Positions 49,790 through 60,376 of a DNA stretch of 64,000 nucleotides are shown one piece after another. The DNA is from an uncultured Thermoprotei archaeon (GTDB lineage Archaea > Thermoproteota > Thermoprotei > Thermofilales > B15-G2): positions 32,001 to 96,000 of the forward strand of contig CBDUKN010000007.1 of NCBI GenBank assembly GCA_965367815.1, written 5' to 3'. The notes below the pieces were generated by a model. It was not told the origin of the DNA. It searched no databases and was given only the letters and a program-made list of their open reading frames with translations. Both the position numbers and the translations under genes were made by a program. Position 1 is the stretch's first letter. The number at the start of each line of letters is the position of its first letter.

Positions 49790-51463
49790 GTGTTTTTAAA
49801 CAAGATAAAGAGTATTCTAAAAGGGCTTTTGTCCTTCGGAGAAATCATAGCTGGATCTAGTGAGGAAAAAAGAGTAGTAGATTTTATTAAAAACAGATTA
49901 GAAAAATATGTATCTGAAATAAATATTCAAGAAGTACCAGTAATGAATTGGAGAGAAAAATATTCTATAGTGGAGGGTAAAAATATTAAGATAAAGTCTA
50001 TAGCTTTGCCCTATTCTCTTTCTTTTGATGAAGAAAGCACATTAATTCATATAACACATATTAGAGATAAAAAGTGGAAAAAGGCCTGTGGGAAAATAGT
50101 GTTAGTTCAAATACCTCCAGGAGACGTAGATTTTGTTGAAGACTACTACGCCAAAGCAGTTGAAGTAGGAGCTGTTGGGCTAATAGCCTATGATTCTTAC
50201 CCGGGGGTCTACAGAAGGATAGTTGTCACTGGAGTTAAAGACTATCGTTGGGGATGCGGCGAAATGCCGCCTCCAATTCCTGCAGTAATGGTTAAAAAGG
50301 AGGACGGCTTAAAGTTAGCTAAAAGAGAAGGAGAAAAAATACGAGTACTGGTCGAAACCAATGTATTGAGCTCTACTGGATATAACATCGAGGGGATTAT
50401 ATACGGACACAGTGATGAAGAAGTCCTTCTTATAGCTCACCACGACCACTGGCTTACAGGCGCAGCCGACAACTGCTTAGGAGTATCCTTGCTTATAGCT
50501 GCAGCCGAACAGTTAAAGAATAGCTTTCTTAAAAGAACAATTAAACTCGTGTCGTTTACAGCAGAGGAGGCAGGGGCTCCCTGTTTTTCCTCATATTATT
50601 GGACATGGGGTTCAAGATACTATGTTAATTCGCTTGAGTCAAAGAAAGCTCTAAGTAAAATCTATGCCGTAGTGAATGTCGATGTTTTGGCGAAAGGAGA
50701 CGTCAAATTAAGTGTGTCTGGACCCGACTACATGTTTTTAGCAGAAAAGCTTTCTGGAATTAAGGCGGAGTACGATAGCAGCTACATGGATAGCTACGCT
50801 TTTTCATCTAAAGGAGTACCCGCACTGACATTACATACTCTCGACGAATACATGCAGTACTATCATACGGATAAAGATGTACCCGAGAATATTGATTGGA
50901 GTACAGTAGAAAGGGGAGTCTCTATTGCTTTAAAGATCTTAGCAGAACTAGCGAAGGGCTTGGAAATAGACTATGACAAGTGGACGGATTTAATAGAGAG
51001 TACTGCTAAAAGACTAGATGTACCACTACCCGCTGACTTAAAGAGAATATCTAGAGAGTTTTCTCGAAGTCTGCTTGAAACAACAATATACGCCTATGAC
51101 GAGCACTATCCCGACGAACGCCCAGCTTTTTTGAAAACACATTTTCTACCCGAGCTTAAAGCACTCGAAGACTTTAAGAGACTTCGGGAAGCATACATTG
51201 CGCTCAAAGAAGGAAACCTAGATAAATGCATAAAGATAGTATCAAGCATACCTCTGCGAATAAAGCTTGGGTCAGGTGGGACGCTAATATCACTAAATAC
51301 AAAGTGTTTGCTCATATTCTTAGAAGAGAAGAGAATATCCACGGCCCTAAAGCTTCTCGAGAATATTCTCTCTATTGAGAAAGAATATAAAGCAGAGCTG
51401 AAGAAACTTTTCTTGAGGAAAATCGAGGAAGCGAGGATGAAGATCCAGTATACTGAAATGTGA
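49790..51463 (+). CDS. M28 family aminopeptidase with PA domain
   Basis: Intact ligands AHHD, ADNCLG, AEEAG, NVD, YHTDKD. Confidence 0.88.
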   Translation: MFLNKIKSILKGLLSFGEIIAGSSEEKRVVDFIKNRLEKYVSEINIQEVPVMNWREKYSIVEGKNIKIKSIALPYSLSFDEESTLIHITHIRDKKWKKACGKIVLVQIPPGDVDFVEDYYAKAVEVGAVGLIAYDSYPGVYRRIVVTGVKDYRWGCGEMPPPIPAVMVKKEDGLKLAKREGEKIRVLVETNVLSSTGYNIEGIIYGHSDEEVLLIAHHDHWLTGAADNCLGVSLLIAAAEQLKNSFLKRTIKLVSFTAEEAGAPCFSSYYWTWGSRYYVNSLESKKALSKIYAVVNVDVLAKGDVKLSVSGPDYMFLAEKLSGIKAEYDSSYMDSYAFSSKGVPALTLHTLDEYMQYYHTDKDVPENIDWSTVERGVSIALKILAELAKGLEIDYDKWTDLIESTAKRLDVPLPADLKRISREFSRSLLETTIYAYDEHYPDERPAFLKTHFLPELKALEDFKRLREAYIALKEGNLDKCIKIVSSIPLRIKLGSGGTLISLNTKCLLIFLEEKRISTALKLLENILSIEKEYKAELKKLFLRKIEEARMKIQYTEM

Positions 51464-51486
51464 CGACTTTCGTCCCTCCTGAGCTA
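51430..51486 (+). ncRNA. Candidate C/D box sRNA overlapping the peptidase 3' end
   Basis: AGGATGA - 12 nt - CTGA - AATG - TGACGA - 12 nt - CTGA. The D guide is complementary to GAGGGACGAAAG, a sequence I recall from archaeal 16S rRNA. Confidence 0.8.
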
Positions 51487-51520
51487 CTTACCATATTTCA
51501 AATACTTTAAACCTAAGAAA

Positions 51521-52189
51521 TTAATCTAAATACCTTAATAGATCTTTCAAGTCATTTAATATAAAATCACATGAAAACCTATAGGGAATTACAGAGTATC
51601 CTCTCGCTACAAGAGCAGTTTTCATGCCCATTTTCCTAGGTATAGCTAAGTCTAGGTAATAGTCGTCGCCTACGCTCAGTACTTCTTCTGGTCGGAGACT
51701 AAGCGTGCTCAAAGCATATGTGAACATACGTGGATTAGGCTTGACGCACCCAGTATCTCTGCTAGTTACTACAGTCATGTATTTTTTCAAAGTAGACAAT
51801 ATATCCTGAATAGCAAAAAGAGGAACAGAAGTGACTACAGCCATTTTTAAGTCTTTATTTTTAAGTTCTTCAAGTACCTCAAGGACTTCGGGGAAAAATT
51901 TGTTTCTAGTACGACTATAAAAGCTAACTATTTTCTTTAAAGATTCGTTATCTACTTTTATGTAGAGGCGGTCGCATACTTTTCTGAAAAATTCTTCAAA
52001 ATTACTGTATTTTTCTCGAGGATAGTCTACAAAAAGGACATAGAGATAGGCTGCTCTTAATTCCTGAGCGTATACTTCGTAGCCGTTTTCAAGTAAAATT
52101 GATGATAGATCTTCAAATGAAATAGGTTTTTCAGCGTAAACGAGTGTTCCATAAAGGTCAAATACTATACCATGGACTTTCATATTCAT
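51521..52189 (-). CDS. HAD-superfamily hydrolase
   Basis: FDLYGTL, VVTS, KPNP, VGDD...D. Confidence 0.9.
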   Translation of the reverse strand: MNMKVHGIVFDLYGTLVYAEKPISFEDLSSILLENGYEVYAQELRAAYLYVLFVDYPREKYSNFEEFFRKVCDRLYIKVDNESLKKIVSFYSRTRNKFFPEVLEVLEELKNKDLKMAVVTSVPLFAIQDILSTLKKYMTVVTSRDTGCVKPNPRMFTYALSTLSLRPEEVLSVGDDYYLDLAIPRKMGMKTALVARGYSVIPYRFSCDFILNDLKDLLRYLD

Positions 52190-52336
52190 AGGTAATTGTT
52201 TTCTTTACCCTTGATATAAACAATGCTGTTTGCCTTAAGTCGTTAATTAAGGTGGCTGTATGTAAAGGTCACGTTACCGTTTAGCTAGTTGAGCATAAAG
52301 GATATTAATTTCCTCGAGTACTAATCCAATAAGGTA

Positions 52337-53290
52337 ATGTCAGGTTTGTTTGAGAACCTCATTGTTGCAAGCGAGAACGGACACATGGAGTATGATTTAA
52401 GAGTTCACTTAGCTGATCTTAGTCTCGAGAGAGAAGACTATAGTGAAAAACTTGCGGGAACTGTTGTATCAATGTTGCTGCAGCTATGTAGAGATTTAGG
52501 TATAGAGCAGGAAGGAAAGCTGGAAATAGGTGATAAAAGCTTTTATTTTTCTCGTAGAAATGGAGGCTTGGCTTTAGTATATTTTCTTTCAAAAACTCCT
52601 GTTTCACCTGATGAAATAAATTCTTTTCTAAAAGAACTTTTAGCGTTAAGAAAAGAAGTTTATAGCAATGGAGGTAAACTCAAGGATTTAAGGCGAGAAA
52701 TAAACAAGTTTCTTGTATACTATATGGGCGTACATAATTATTCTCTGCTTTATTTTAAAAATACTTTGATGGCTAAAAAAGGAATAAAAAGCATAATAGT
52801 TTACTATAAGAATAAAGTATCTATTGATGGAGTCAATTTAGGTGAGGGTGTCCAAAGAAGTATAATCAAACTTATTAGAAAAATACAGAGTTTTTGGGAT
52901 TTATCGATAGATTTTGTTAAAGCTAGAATAAATAATAGCAATACTGTAATAGTATACGTTAGTAAAGACTTCTATTTATCTCTTCTTTACGATGAAGGAG
53001 CTATAGATCTCAATACTTTAAACGATATTATAATAAAATTGAAAAAAAGACTGTGTTCGATTAAAAAGGAGCCTATTAGAATTACATCTAGTCTTATGCC
53101 TATTTACGAGAAAATTTTAGAGAATTATAAGCTAATAGACCCGAAAAGAGCTTCGGAGCTTTTATCCGAAGACATAAAGAAGCTTGTCTTCGAGGAATGT
53201 TTTACGCTTAAAGAAGCTTTAAGTTATATTGAGAGTAAGGGAGGCTTTCCTGTAAGTGCTAGCAAGACGACTTATATAAAAGAATCCTAA
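52337..53290 (+). CDS. Hypothetical protein, candidate longin plus roadblock domain fusion
   Basis: Secondary-structure pattern read by eye only. Confidence 0.5.
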   Translation: MSGLFENLIVASENGHMEYDLRVHLADLSLEREDYSEKLAGTVVSMLLQLCRDLGIEQEGKLEIGDKSFYFSRRNGGLALVYFLSKTPVSPDEINSFLKELLALRKEVYSNGGKLKDLRREINKFLVYYMGVHNYSLLYFKNTLMAKKGIKSIIVYYKNKVSIDGVNLGEGVQRSIIKLIRKIQSFWDLSIDFVKARINNSNTVIVYVSKDFYLSLLYDEGAIDLNTLNDIIIKLKKRLCSIKKEPIRITSSLMPIYEKILENYKLIDPKRASELLSEDIKKLVFEECFTLKEALSYIESKGGFPVSASKTTYIKES

Positions 53291-54248
53291 GCTTAGTGCC
53301 AGACGATTTTACTACATAGATATCTTCGAGCACAAGCTCAGTTTTTATTTTAGTTACTATGTTTACGTACGGAGTTATTAATATTAGTTTCTGTGAAACT
53401 ATTTTCTCCGATATTTTTATTAATTTTTCTAAAATTTCTTTGATATTTGACGACTTCATTCTAATTCCTCGAGGAGGATCCGCTATAATATAATCACAGT
53501 TCTTTATTGGAGTGAATTTAAAGTCTGCTGTAAACAAGTCTATTTCTACTTCAGCTTCTCTTGAATTATGTAAGGCGCATAGAATATATTTTCTAGAAAT
53601 GTCACTTCCTATACAGTATACGTTTTCTAGTATTTTTGCCGTCTCTATTAGTGTTGTCCCAGAGCCGACAAAAGGATCATAAATACTTGACTTAGATTCT
53701 ACTTCAGCTAAAATCAGAGATGCACATGCGACAATAGGGCTTAGTGGAGCTGGATGTTTGTAAACATAGTATGATCTTTGGTGAAGTGCTCCTTTCACTT
53801 CGATCGCTAGGTAGAGAGTTTTTCCGTAGAGTTCTGCTCTAAGCTTCCTTGTAGCCCTAGGGCTACAGTCTATTTTCCACACTCTTTTAATTTCTCTGGC
53901 TACTATTTTTTCTAAAAAGTTTTCTGAAAAAGTGTGCATAGGAATGTGTGCTCTTACAGCTAGTTTGTCGATATTTTCTGGCTTAAACGTCCTTGAGAGT
54001 AGTTCTCTAATAGCATATCTTAGTCTCTTAACTGAAATAGCTTCCAGCTCAGCTACACCTAGTACTCTAGCTATGAAGAGCACTGTGCTTAAAGTCAACG
54101 CTCTTTCCTCAGAAAGGTTTTCTACGAGTACTCTTTCGTCAGAGAGCCTATGAGCTGTAGCTGCAGGGTCTTTTAGTTTAATTTCTTTAATTACAGCTTT
54201 TTCTACTCCAGCAAGTGTTCCTAATATGAGTTCATTCATTTTATTCAA
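53259..54248 (-). CDS. THUMP-domain SAM-dependent RNA methyltransferase (Trm14-like)
   Basis: LHQRSY..Y.HPAPL, DPFVGSGT, ADPPRG. Confidence 0.82.
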   Translation of the reverse strand: MNKMNELILGTLAGVEKAVIKEIKLKDPAATAHRLSDERVLVENLSEERALTLSTVLFIARVLGVAELEAISVKRLRYAIRELLSRTFKPENIDKLAVRAHIPMHTFSENFLEKIVAREIKRVWKIDCSPRATRKLRAELYGKTLYLAIEVKGALHQRSYYVYKHPAPLSPIVACASLILAEVESKSSIYDPFVGSGTTLIETAKILENVYCIGSDISRKYILCALHNSREAEVEIDLFTADFKFTPIKNCDYIIADPPRGIRMKSSNIKEILEKLIKISEKIVSQKLILITPYVNIVTKIKTELVLEDIYVVKSSGTKLRILLYKSSC

Positions 54249-55335
54249 CTATCTTTAATCCAGAGCCTGTTAAAGGGGCTACTACTTCCTCGCCTTTATC
54301 TAAAATTCCTTCCTCCACGGCTTTAGCTAGTGCCGCGAAGACAGTTATTGAAGTAGGTTCAACTATGAATCCTTTCTTGTAGGCAAATGACGAATATAAG
54401 TGGATATCATAGTTGTCTACTACTATGCAGCAGCCCTGAGTCTCTTTAATTGTTCGTACTATTTCGTTTAAGCGAGGGGGATTTTTTACTCGAAGTCCGT
54501 CAGCTAAAGATGAGCACCCGGAGGGCTTTTTCCCGTAAAGGGCCTCGTATACTGGAGCGCAGCTAGCGCCTTGAACTGCTATTAAGCGCGGTACTTTCTC
54601 TACTAATCCTAGCTCGTAGAGTTCTTTAAAGCCCTTATAAAGCCCTAAGAGCAGAGTTCCGCTAGCTACAGGAACTACAGCTGCGTCGGGAGTTCTCCAG
54701 CCGAGCTGCTCAGCTATCTCGAAAGCAATAGTCTTAGTGCCTTCAATAAAGTAGGGATTCCACAAATGGCCCACGTAGACGTAGTCGCTTAGCTCTGCTT
54801 CTTTTACTGCTTTTTCGTGTGCTTCTTCTCTAGAGTTACACTCAACTACTTCAGCTCCCGAAGCCTTAATGAAAGCTATTTTTCCCGAAGGAGCGTCTTT
54901 AGGCACAAATATTTTAGCTTTTATGCCAGCTGAGGACGCATAATAGGCTACAGAAATACCAGCATTGCCCGAAGAGTCTTCAATTACTCCGCTGAACTTG
55001 AATTCAGCTACCTTAGACAAAGTGACAGCAGTTCCTCTATCTTTAAAAGATCCTGTCGGATTCAAGTAGTCTAGCTTAAGATAAAGTTTTAGTGCAAAGA
55101 AGTCGCGTTCAACTAAAGGAGTGCAGCCTTCGCCTAGGCTAACGAGTTTTTCTGCAGGAATTAGTTCTTTATATCTCCATAAGCTCCACTCTCTCCTCTT
55201 TATTTCCCCCGGATCGATTTTAAGTCCATTTAAGTCGTACTCTACTGTAAGAGGACTTCCACAGGAATGCTTGTATACCCAGTTTTCTTCAGAGATTTCT
55301 TTCCGGCACTTAGGGCATACAAGCCTGTAGGTCAC
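54241..55335 (-). CDS. thrC: Threonine synthase-like PLP enzyme
   Basis: SLGEGCTPL, NPTGSFKDRG, DSSGNAG, EGTKT, TGSGLK. Confidence 0.85.
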   Translation of the reverse strand: MTYRLVCPKCRKEISEENWVYKHSCGSPLTVEYDLNGLKIDPGEIKRREWSLWRYKELIPAEKLVSLGEGCTPLVERDFFALKLYLKLDYLNPTGSFKDRGTAVTLSKVAEFKFSGVIEDSSGNAGISVAYYASSAGIKAKIFVPKDAPSGKIAFIKASGAEVVECNSREEAHEKAVKEAELSDYVYVGHLWNPYFIEGTKTIAFEIAEQLGWRTPDAAVVPVASGTLLLGLYKGFKELYELGLVEKVPRLIAVQGASCAPVYEALYGKKPSGCSSLADGLRVKNPPRLNEIVRTIKETQGCCIVVDNYDIHLYSSFAYKKGFIVEPTSITVFAALAKAVEEGILDKGEEVVAPLTGSGLKIVE

Positions 55336-55384
55336 AGTAATTTGTCTCGGTAAAGCTAATAAGTTTCTTTCCGCAAAAGGCTAT

Positions 55385-56026
55385 GTGAGTAAAGCTAGAG
55401 CTGCGGCTTGCTTTGGGTATTTCCTACTAATAGTACCGTTTTCGCCTGCAGTAATAGCTGGCTACCTCCTTGCAGGACTGTCGTGGCTTTTCCTTAATAG
55501 CAAACTTAGTAAAAGAATTTTCTTGGTGACAGGAATATACTTTGTTTCAGTATCAGCTCTCCTTACAGCAACTTATCTTCTTACAAGAGTACTTCAGCCA
55601 GTTAAAACTTTAAGCTACTTATATGAACAAGTAGCAATGGGAGTATCTCATATTATTGTATTAGCATGGCTCATAAAGCTCTGTCTAGAAGCAGTTGCCT
55701 TCAGGATCTGTGGAAAAGAACTGCTTTCTAGGCTATTTAAAGTAGCTGGAATAATATCGATTATCTCTCTCTTAGCTATTTTAGTAGGATACATAGCACT
55801 CGACTTTAAATATGAGTTTGTTCAAAGTCTTTCCGAAGTAGTCTTCGCCACAGGACTTATATTAGCTTTAGTAAACAATATTATAGCTGGAATAGCTTTT
55901 ATTAAAGCAAAAATACCTTCGCAAAAAACAGCTTTAAATATCGCTGAAGAGATGTCATACCAGAATGTATGCGTGGAAGACTCCGCCTCGGATAAAGGTG
56001 CTGGAAGCACTTGGGTGTATAGCTGA
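55385..56026 (+). CDS. Hypothetical membrane protein
   Basis: About 5 hydrophobic segments. Confidence 0.6.
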   Translation: MSKARAAACFGYFLLIVPFSPAVIAGYLLAGLSWLFLNSKLSKRIFLVTGIYFVSVSALLTATYLLTRVLQPVKTLSYLYEQVAMGVSHIIVLAWLIKLCLEAVAFRICGKELLSRLFKVAGIISIISLLAILVGYIALDFKYEFVQSLSEVVFATGLILALVNNIIAGIAFIKAKIPSQKTALNIAEEMSYQNVCVEDSASDKGAGSTWVYS

Positions 56027-56408
56027 TGGCAGAATAAAGTTCATAGGTGATAGAGAAGCTATTGTTGTAAGCTCTACTGGAGAAAGGAGCTATAAGGTCA
56101 CTTGGGATGGCGGAAAAGCCATAATGTCTACTGACAACGGGTCTCTATATAGAGGATACTTAGGTTATCCTAGTATAGCTTTCTTAATGCTTAAAGGAGT
56201 TCTTCCCTTCGACAAGAGGTTAGCTGATGCTCTTAAAGGAGTACCTTGGAAAAAACTCAATGAAACTTATAAAAAATATAAAATTGTTGAAGAAAAAGTT
56301 AAAGTAATAGCTAAGGAAAGAGGAGTGTCTCCTGAAGAATTAGATAGATTCGTAGCCAAAGTAATGAAAGCTATAAGAGAACAAAAATTTGTTAAACTAG
56401 AAGTCTAG
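55965..56408 (+). CDS. Hypothetical protein
   Basis: 147-aa ORF with KVLEALG.IADGR, DNGS..RGYLGYP; function unknown. Confidence 0.75.
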   Translation: MYAWKTPPRIKVLEALGCIADGRIKFIGDREAIVVSSTGERSYKVTWDGGKAIMSTDNGSLYRGYLGYPSIAFLMLKGVLPFDKRLADALKGVPWKKLNETYKKYKIVEEKVKVIAKERGVSPEELDRFVAKVMKAIREQKFVKLEV

Positions 56409-57445
56409 CATATTCTAGGAACAATTTCGCCCATAGGCTCTTCGACAATGCGTGTACCTCCCACAGACGTCTTCATGTAAACTCTAGGCGGCTTTTTATC
56501 GACTGCTTCTCCGATAATAGCAGCTTCAGTATAGCCTCTAGACTTAAGTTCCTTTAGAACCTCTTCGGCAATACTACCTTCTACTCCCATGACTACTCTT
56601 CCTTCGCAAGCCAGCACGAGAGGATCTACTCCAAGCATTTCGCAGTAAGCTAGGACTTCTTCTTTAATAGGAATGTTTTCTTCATAAATAATAATGCTGA
56701 CTTCGGATTTTTTGGCTAAGTCATTTAAGGCCATAGCTAAGCCTCCTCTCGTAGGGTCTTTGGCCGCATGAATCTTAGTTATTCTCTGTACAGTCTCGAT
56801 TATGTCTATGACGGGAGTGCAGTCGGAAGTCAAACTAGACTCTACTTCTATTCCTGCCTGACACGCCATAATAACAGCGCCGTGGTCTCCTATAGTTCCA
56901 GAAACAATTATTTTGTCTCCAAGCTTAAGGCCGTTATTTCTAATGAGATTTTCTTTAGAGACAAAACCCACACCTGTAGTTGATATAACTATTTTGTCTA
57001 GTGAACCTCTAGGCATTACTTTAAAGTCTCCTCCTATAAGAGCTATGTTTTTCTTCTCAAGAACATCGACCATAGACTTGACTATTTCATAGAGCTTATC
57101 TAGAGGAAATCCTTCCTCAACGACAATAGTGTCTAGAAAAGCCAGCGGCTTTGCTCCCATGACAGCTAAGTCATTTATTGTTCCAGTGGCCGCTAATTTA
57201 CCTATATTTCCTCCAGGAAAGAAAATAGGGTTTACTGTATAACTGTCAGTAGTTATAGCCAAGTAGTTTCCTTCACCTACAGGCAGTAAAGCAGAGTCTT
57301 CAAGCTCGCTCAGCCCTGTTCCACCTTCAATTTTCTTCAATGAAACTAAATCGACTAACTTTTTGATAAGTGAAGACATTTCAGCGCCTCCTGCGCCGTG
57401 GGCTAAAGTAACTATTTCTTCCATCAAATAGATGTTCTGCTTCAC
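56405..57445 (-). CDS. hypE: Hydrogenase maturation protein HypE (start probably ATG 57424)
   Basis: LAHGAGG, TTDSY, GTINDLA, DPTRGG, C-terminal PRIC. Confidence 0.97.
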   Translation of the reverse strand: MKQNIYLMEEIVTLAHGAGGAEMSSLIKKLVDLVSLKKIEGGTGLSELEDSALLPVGEGNYLAITTDSYTVNPIFFPGGNIGKLAATGTINDLAVMGAKPLAFLDTIVVEEGFPLDKLYEIVKSMVDVLEKKNIALIGGDFKVMPRGSLDKIVISTTGVGFVSKENLIRNNGLKLGDKIIVSGTIGDHGAVIMACQAGIEVESSLTSDCTPVIDIIETVQRITKIHAAKDPTRGGLAMALNDLAKKSEVSIIIYEENIPIKEEVLAYCEMLGVDPLVLACEGRVVMGVEGSIAEEVLKELKSRGYTEAAIIGEAVDKKPPRVYMKTSVGGTRIVEEPMGEIVPRIC

Positions 57446-57532
57446 TAGTATTTATAGTAGTAGAACTTTAGCGTAGAGTATAGATTTATCGTCTATACTT
57501 CGAGTACATAAAAAAGATTAATAAACAGAGAA

Positions 57533-58186
57533 GTGTTCACATGTATGAATAAGTTAGCTATAGTTTCAATACTAGCGCTACTATTAATTTCGCCTATACC
57601 TCTAGCTTTCCTTGAGGGGAGCGGGGTAAAAGAAGTTACAGGAACAATAGTTAAAATAACAGATGAAGGCATCGTATTATCAACTAATTCAAGTGAAATA
57701 GAGCTCTTTTGCAGAGGCGTATGGGTAGTATTCTACAATAATACTAGAGTCAAAGTCACATGGAATAAAGTGAAGACAAGACTTTCTGAAGGAATGACCG
57801 TGACAGCTAAATACATTACCAAGGAAGTAAAGGGCAGACAGCTGAATATAGCTTTATCTCTTAAGATAGGAAACTATACTCTAGTTAGAGCGAAAGCACT
57901 CAAGAAACATGTTGAAAGGAAGCATATAGTAAAAGCTAGCGGAACAGTAGAAGAAGTGGGCTCAGACTATGTTGTAGTAAATATTAATGGGACCAGCGTT
58001 AGACTAGAAACTAAAGGAGAGTGGATAGTTAAGGGATCCTGGAGCTCCATAACATCAGCTCCCCTAAGTCCTGGAGATAAAGTACTAGTAGTGTACTTAA
58101 AGCTAAAAGACAAGAACATAGCCTTAGGCTTCAAAAACTACGACAAAAACCTCATTATTGTGAGAAAAAGACCTCGAAGCAAGTAA
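57533..58186 (+). CDS. Secreted protein with two OB-fold-like (DUF5666-like) repeats
   Basis: Signal peptide; duplicated G(T/S)(I/V)...GxWxV...NIAL units. Confidence 0.6.
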   Translation: MFTCMNKLAIVSILALLLISPIPLAFLEGSGVKEVTGTIVKITDEGIVLSTNSSEIELFCRGVWVVFYNNTRVKVTWNKVKTRLSEGMTVTAKYITKEVKGRQLNIALSLKIGNYTLVRAKALKKHVERKHIVKASGTVEEVGSDYVVVNINGTSVRLETKGEWIVKGSWSSITSAPLSPGDKVLVVYLKLKDKNIALGFKNYDKNLIIVRKRPRSK

Positions 58187-58238
58187 TTTATTTGCTATTA
58201 AAAGCAAAGCATATATTTTATTTTTCTTTTAACCATCT

Positions 58239-58706
58239 ATGGTAATGAAGAAAACTCATCTTGCGGCGGGTCTCTTGACATGGATTCTTCTCTCAAGTTA
58301 CCTCAAGCTTATTGACCTAAATGCTCTGTTTTCCTCTGTTTTTGCTTCGCCTCTACCAGATTTTGACTTAAGAATTAAGCATAGAGCTTTGCTACACAAT
58401 CTCTTTGCTATGCTAGCTCTAGCAAGTTTAGTTTTATACTACTTTGGGTACTTGAATGCAGTGTTTTTTACATTAGCCTATTTTTCTCACATACTACTAG
58501 ATTCTTTAACGAAGGCGGGGGTCTCTTTACTTTACCCCTTTTCTAAAAAACGGTATGGTTTAAGACTTTTTAGAAACGGAAGTTTATTTGATAAGTTTAT
58601 CTTTTTCTCTTTTACGGCGATGTTTTTACTACTATTTATCAAAATGTTCAGCAGCGTAGAATTTACTGAATTTTTAAAAGAATTTAAAGAGCTTTTAGCA
58701 CGTTAA
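58239..58706 (+). CDS. YdjM-like membrane metal-dependent hydrolase
   Basis: TH, LPDFD, HR.LLH, SHILLD.LT..G..LLYP. Confidence 0.85.
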   Translation: MVMKKTHLAAGLLTWILLSSYLKLIDLNALFSSVFASPLPDFDLRIKHRALLHNLFAMLALASLVLYYFGYLNAVFFTLAYFSHILLDSLTKAGVSLLYPFSKKRYGLRLFRNGSLFDKFIFFSFTAMFLLLFIKMFSSVEFTEFLKEFKELLAR

Positions 58707-60258
58707 TTATCTCAGAGGATATTTCTTTGAATGCTCTTTTTCTCCAAGAATCCTTTTTAGCATACGATAAGGTATATAGTATGCTTAAAGAGGCTTTAAC
58801 AGCTATTTTAAGAAATAGTTTCTTAATGCTGTTTGAAGAATACTTCGAGAAGAAGGTTAGTCCCCATTCTCCTATATTGTATTTCCAGCACTTTATGAAA
58901 ATCTCTTTCTGCAGCTCACTTAAGTGTTCAAAGGAAGTTTCCGGCCCGTTTTTGAGGTAGCAGGTTTCTTCAGGTACAAAGAACAGAGGAACTATGAATA
59001 ACTTGAGGCTTGAAAGTTCGTCTAGTAGCTCTAGAGTCTGAATAACGTCTTCTTCTGTTTCTCCGGGAAGCCCCGTGATAATGGTTGCTAGCGGATACCA
59101 GTCATATTCGTTCATAGTGGCTATAGAGTCTAGTACTACTCTAGGCCAGTCTTCGGGCTTGAATGGTTTTGGTTTGCCCGCCATGTATTTGGCTATAAGC
59201 CTAGTGCTCCCCGTTTCTATTCCCACCTCAGTTGTTACTATTGTTTTATTCCTGTAGCTGTAGTAAGAGTACTGCAGTAGCAGCTCCGAGATCTCTTTAA
59301 CTAGTTTCTTGTCGAGGAGTACTGGTGGCAGAGCTGAGTGGGCTGGCTGAATATACTTGACTCCTTTTATGCTGGCTATTGCTTTAAGTACTTTGAGTAT
59401 TTTCTCGCCGTTAGGCTTGAAATCTGGGCTATTACACCCATAGAGAAATAGATCGTCCGTAGCCACTAGGATAAAGTCTTGTCCTGCTTCAACATTTACT
59501 TTCACTTCCTTTACTACGCGGTCTAAGGGCATGCATCTTCTAACTTGCATTGTAGGAGAGCAGAACTGGCATCCACGTCCGCATCCTCGAGTAATTTCGA
59601 CAACTCCGTGGACTGCTGCCCGCTTAATGCAAGGTATTTCGTCAGCAGAAGCAGGAGTTCCGTAAACAACTTTTTCTACAGGCTTACCTTCAATTAGCTT
59701 AGAGAAGAGTTCTCCTACTATTTTCTCTCCTTCACCTATAATGACTACGTCAACGCCGTACTTCTCCATCATCTTTTTCTTAGCTAACTGCCAGCTACCA
59801 GCGCCTCCTACAACTATTTTGACTTTAGGCTTATATTTCATCCACTTTTCTGAAAGCTTCTTGAACTCGTAGGCGGTCATCGACTCGCCTAAGCCTATTA
59901 ACGTAGAGTAAGTTATGCTAACGAAAGCTATTCCAAGAGGATCCATTGATGATACAGCTATTACTTTAGTTTCCGGGCCCACTACTTTATCTAAGTCATC
60001 GGGATGAACTACAGCTACTTCTTCTTCGCTGAAGCCGTACTCTATCAGAGCGGCTTCTATTTTCCTTAAGCCATATGGGGCATAAAGGACTTCGTAGTTA
60101 TCGAGTTTAGGTACAGGAGTGTAAAGTGTTTTTAAGAGAAAGCACCTCGGAATAAAACCTGGTTTAGAAAACGAGGCTGAAAAAGCTATAAAAGGGCTTT
60201 TCTTATAGTCGCTCATTTCGGTAGCTGGCGAAGTAAGAACTATCTTCGGCGAAGTCAT
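58684..60258 (-). CDS. B12-binding domain radical SAM protein
   Basis: APYGLRKIEA, GEGE, RGCGRGCQFC, GIETG, GLPGET. Confidence 0.9.
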   Translation of the reverse strand: MTSPKIVLTSPATEMSDYKKSPFIAFSASFSKPGFIPRCFLLKTLYTPVPKLDNYEVLYAPYGLRKIEAALIEYGFSEEEVAVVHPDDLDKVVGPETKVIAVSSMDPLGIAFVSITYSTLIGLGESMTAYEFKKLSEKWMKYKPKVKIVVGGAGSWQLAKKKMMEKYGVDVVIIGEGEKIVGELFSKLIEGKPVEKVVYGTPASADEIPCIKRAAVHGVVEITRGCGRGCQFCSPTMQVRRCMPLDRVVKEVKVNVEAGQDFILVATDDLFLYGCNSPDFKPNGEKILKVLKAIASIKGVKYIQPAHSALPPVLLDKKLVKEISELLLQYSYYSYRNKTIVTTEVGIETGSTRLIAKYMAGKPKPFKPEDWPRVVLDSIATMNEYDWYPLATIITGLPGETEEDVIQTLELLDELSSLKLFIVPLFFVPEETCYLKNGPETSFEHLSELQKEIFIKCWKYNIGEWGLTFFSKYSSNSIKKLFLKIAVKASLSILYTLSYAKKDSWRKRAFKEISSEIINVLKAL

Positions 60259-60376
60259 GGCAGTCAGCTTAATGATTTTTCATTAAATATATTCTTTTCG
60301 TTTCTGTCCACACAGTTTCTTTAAAAATGAAAACGATAACGTATTTATCTGACCAAAAGACTAGTGACACGGTATT

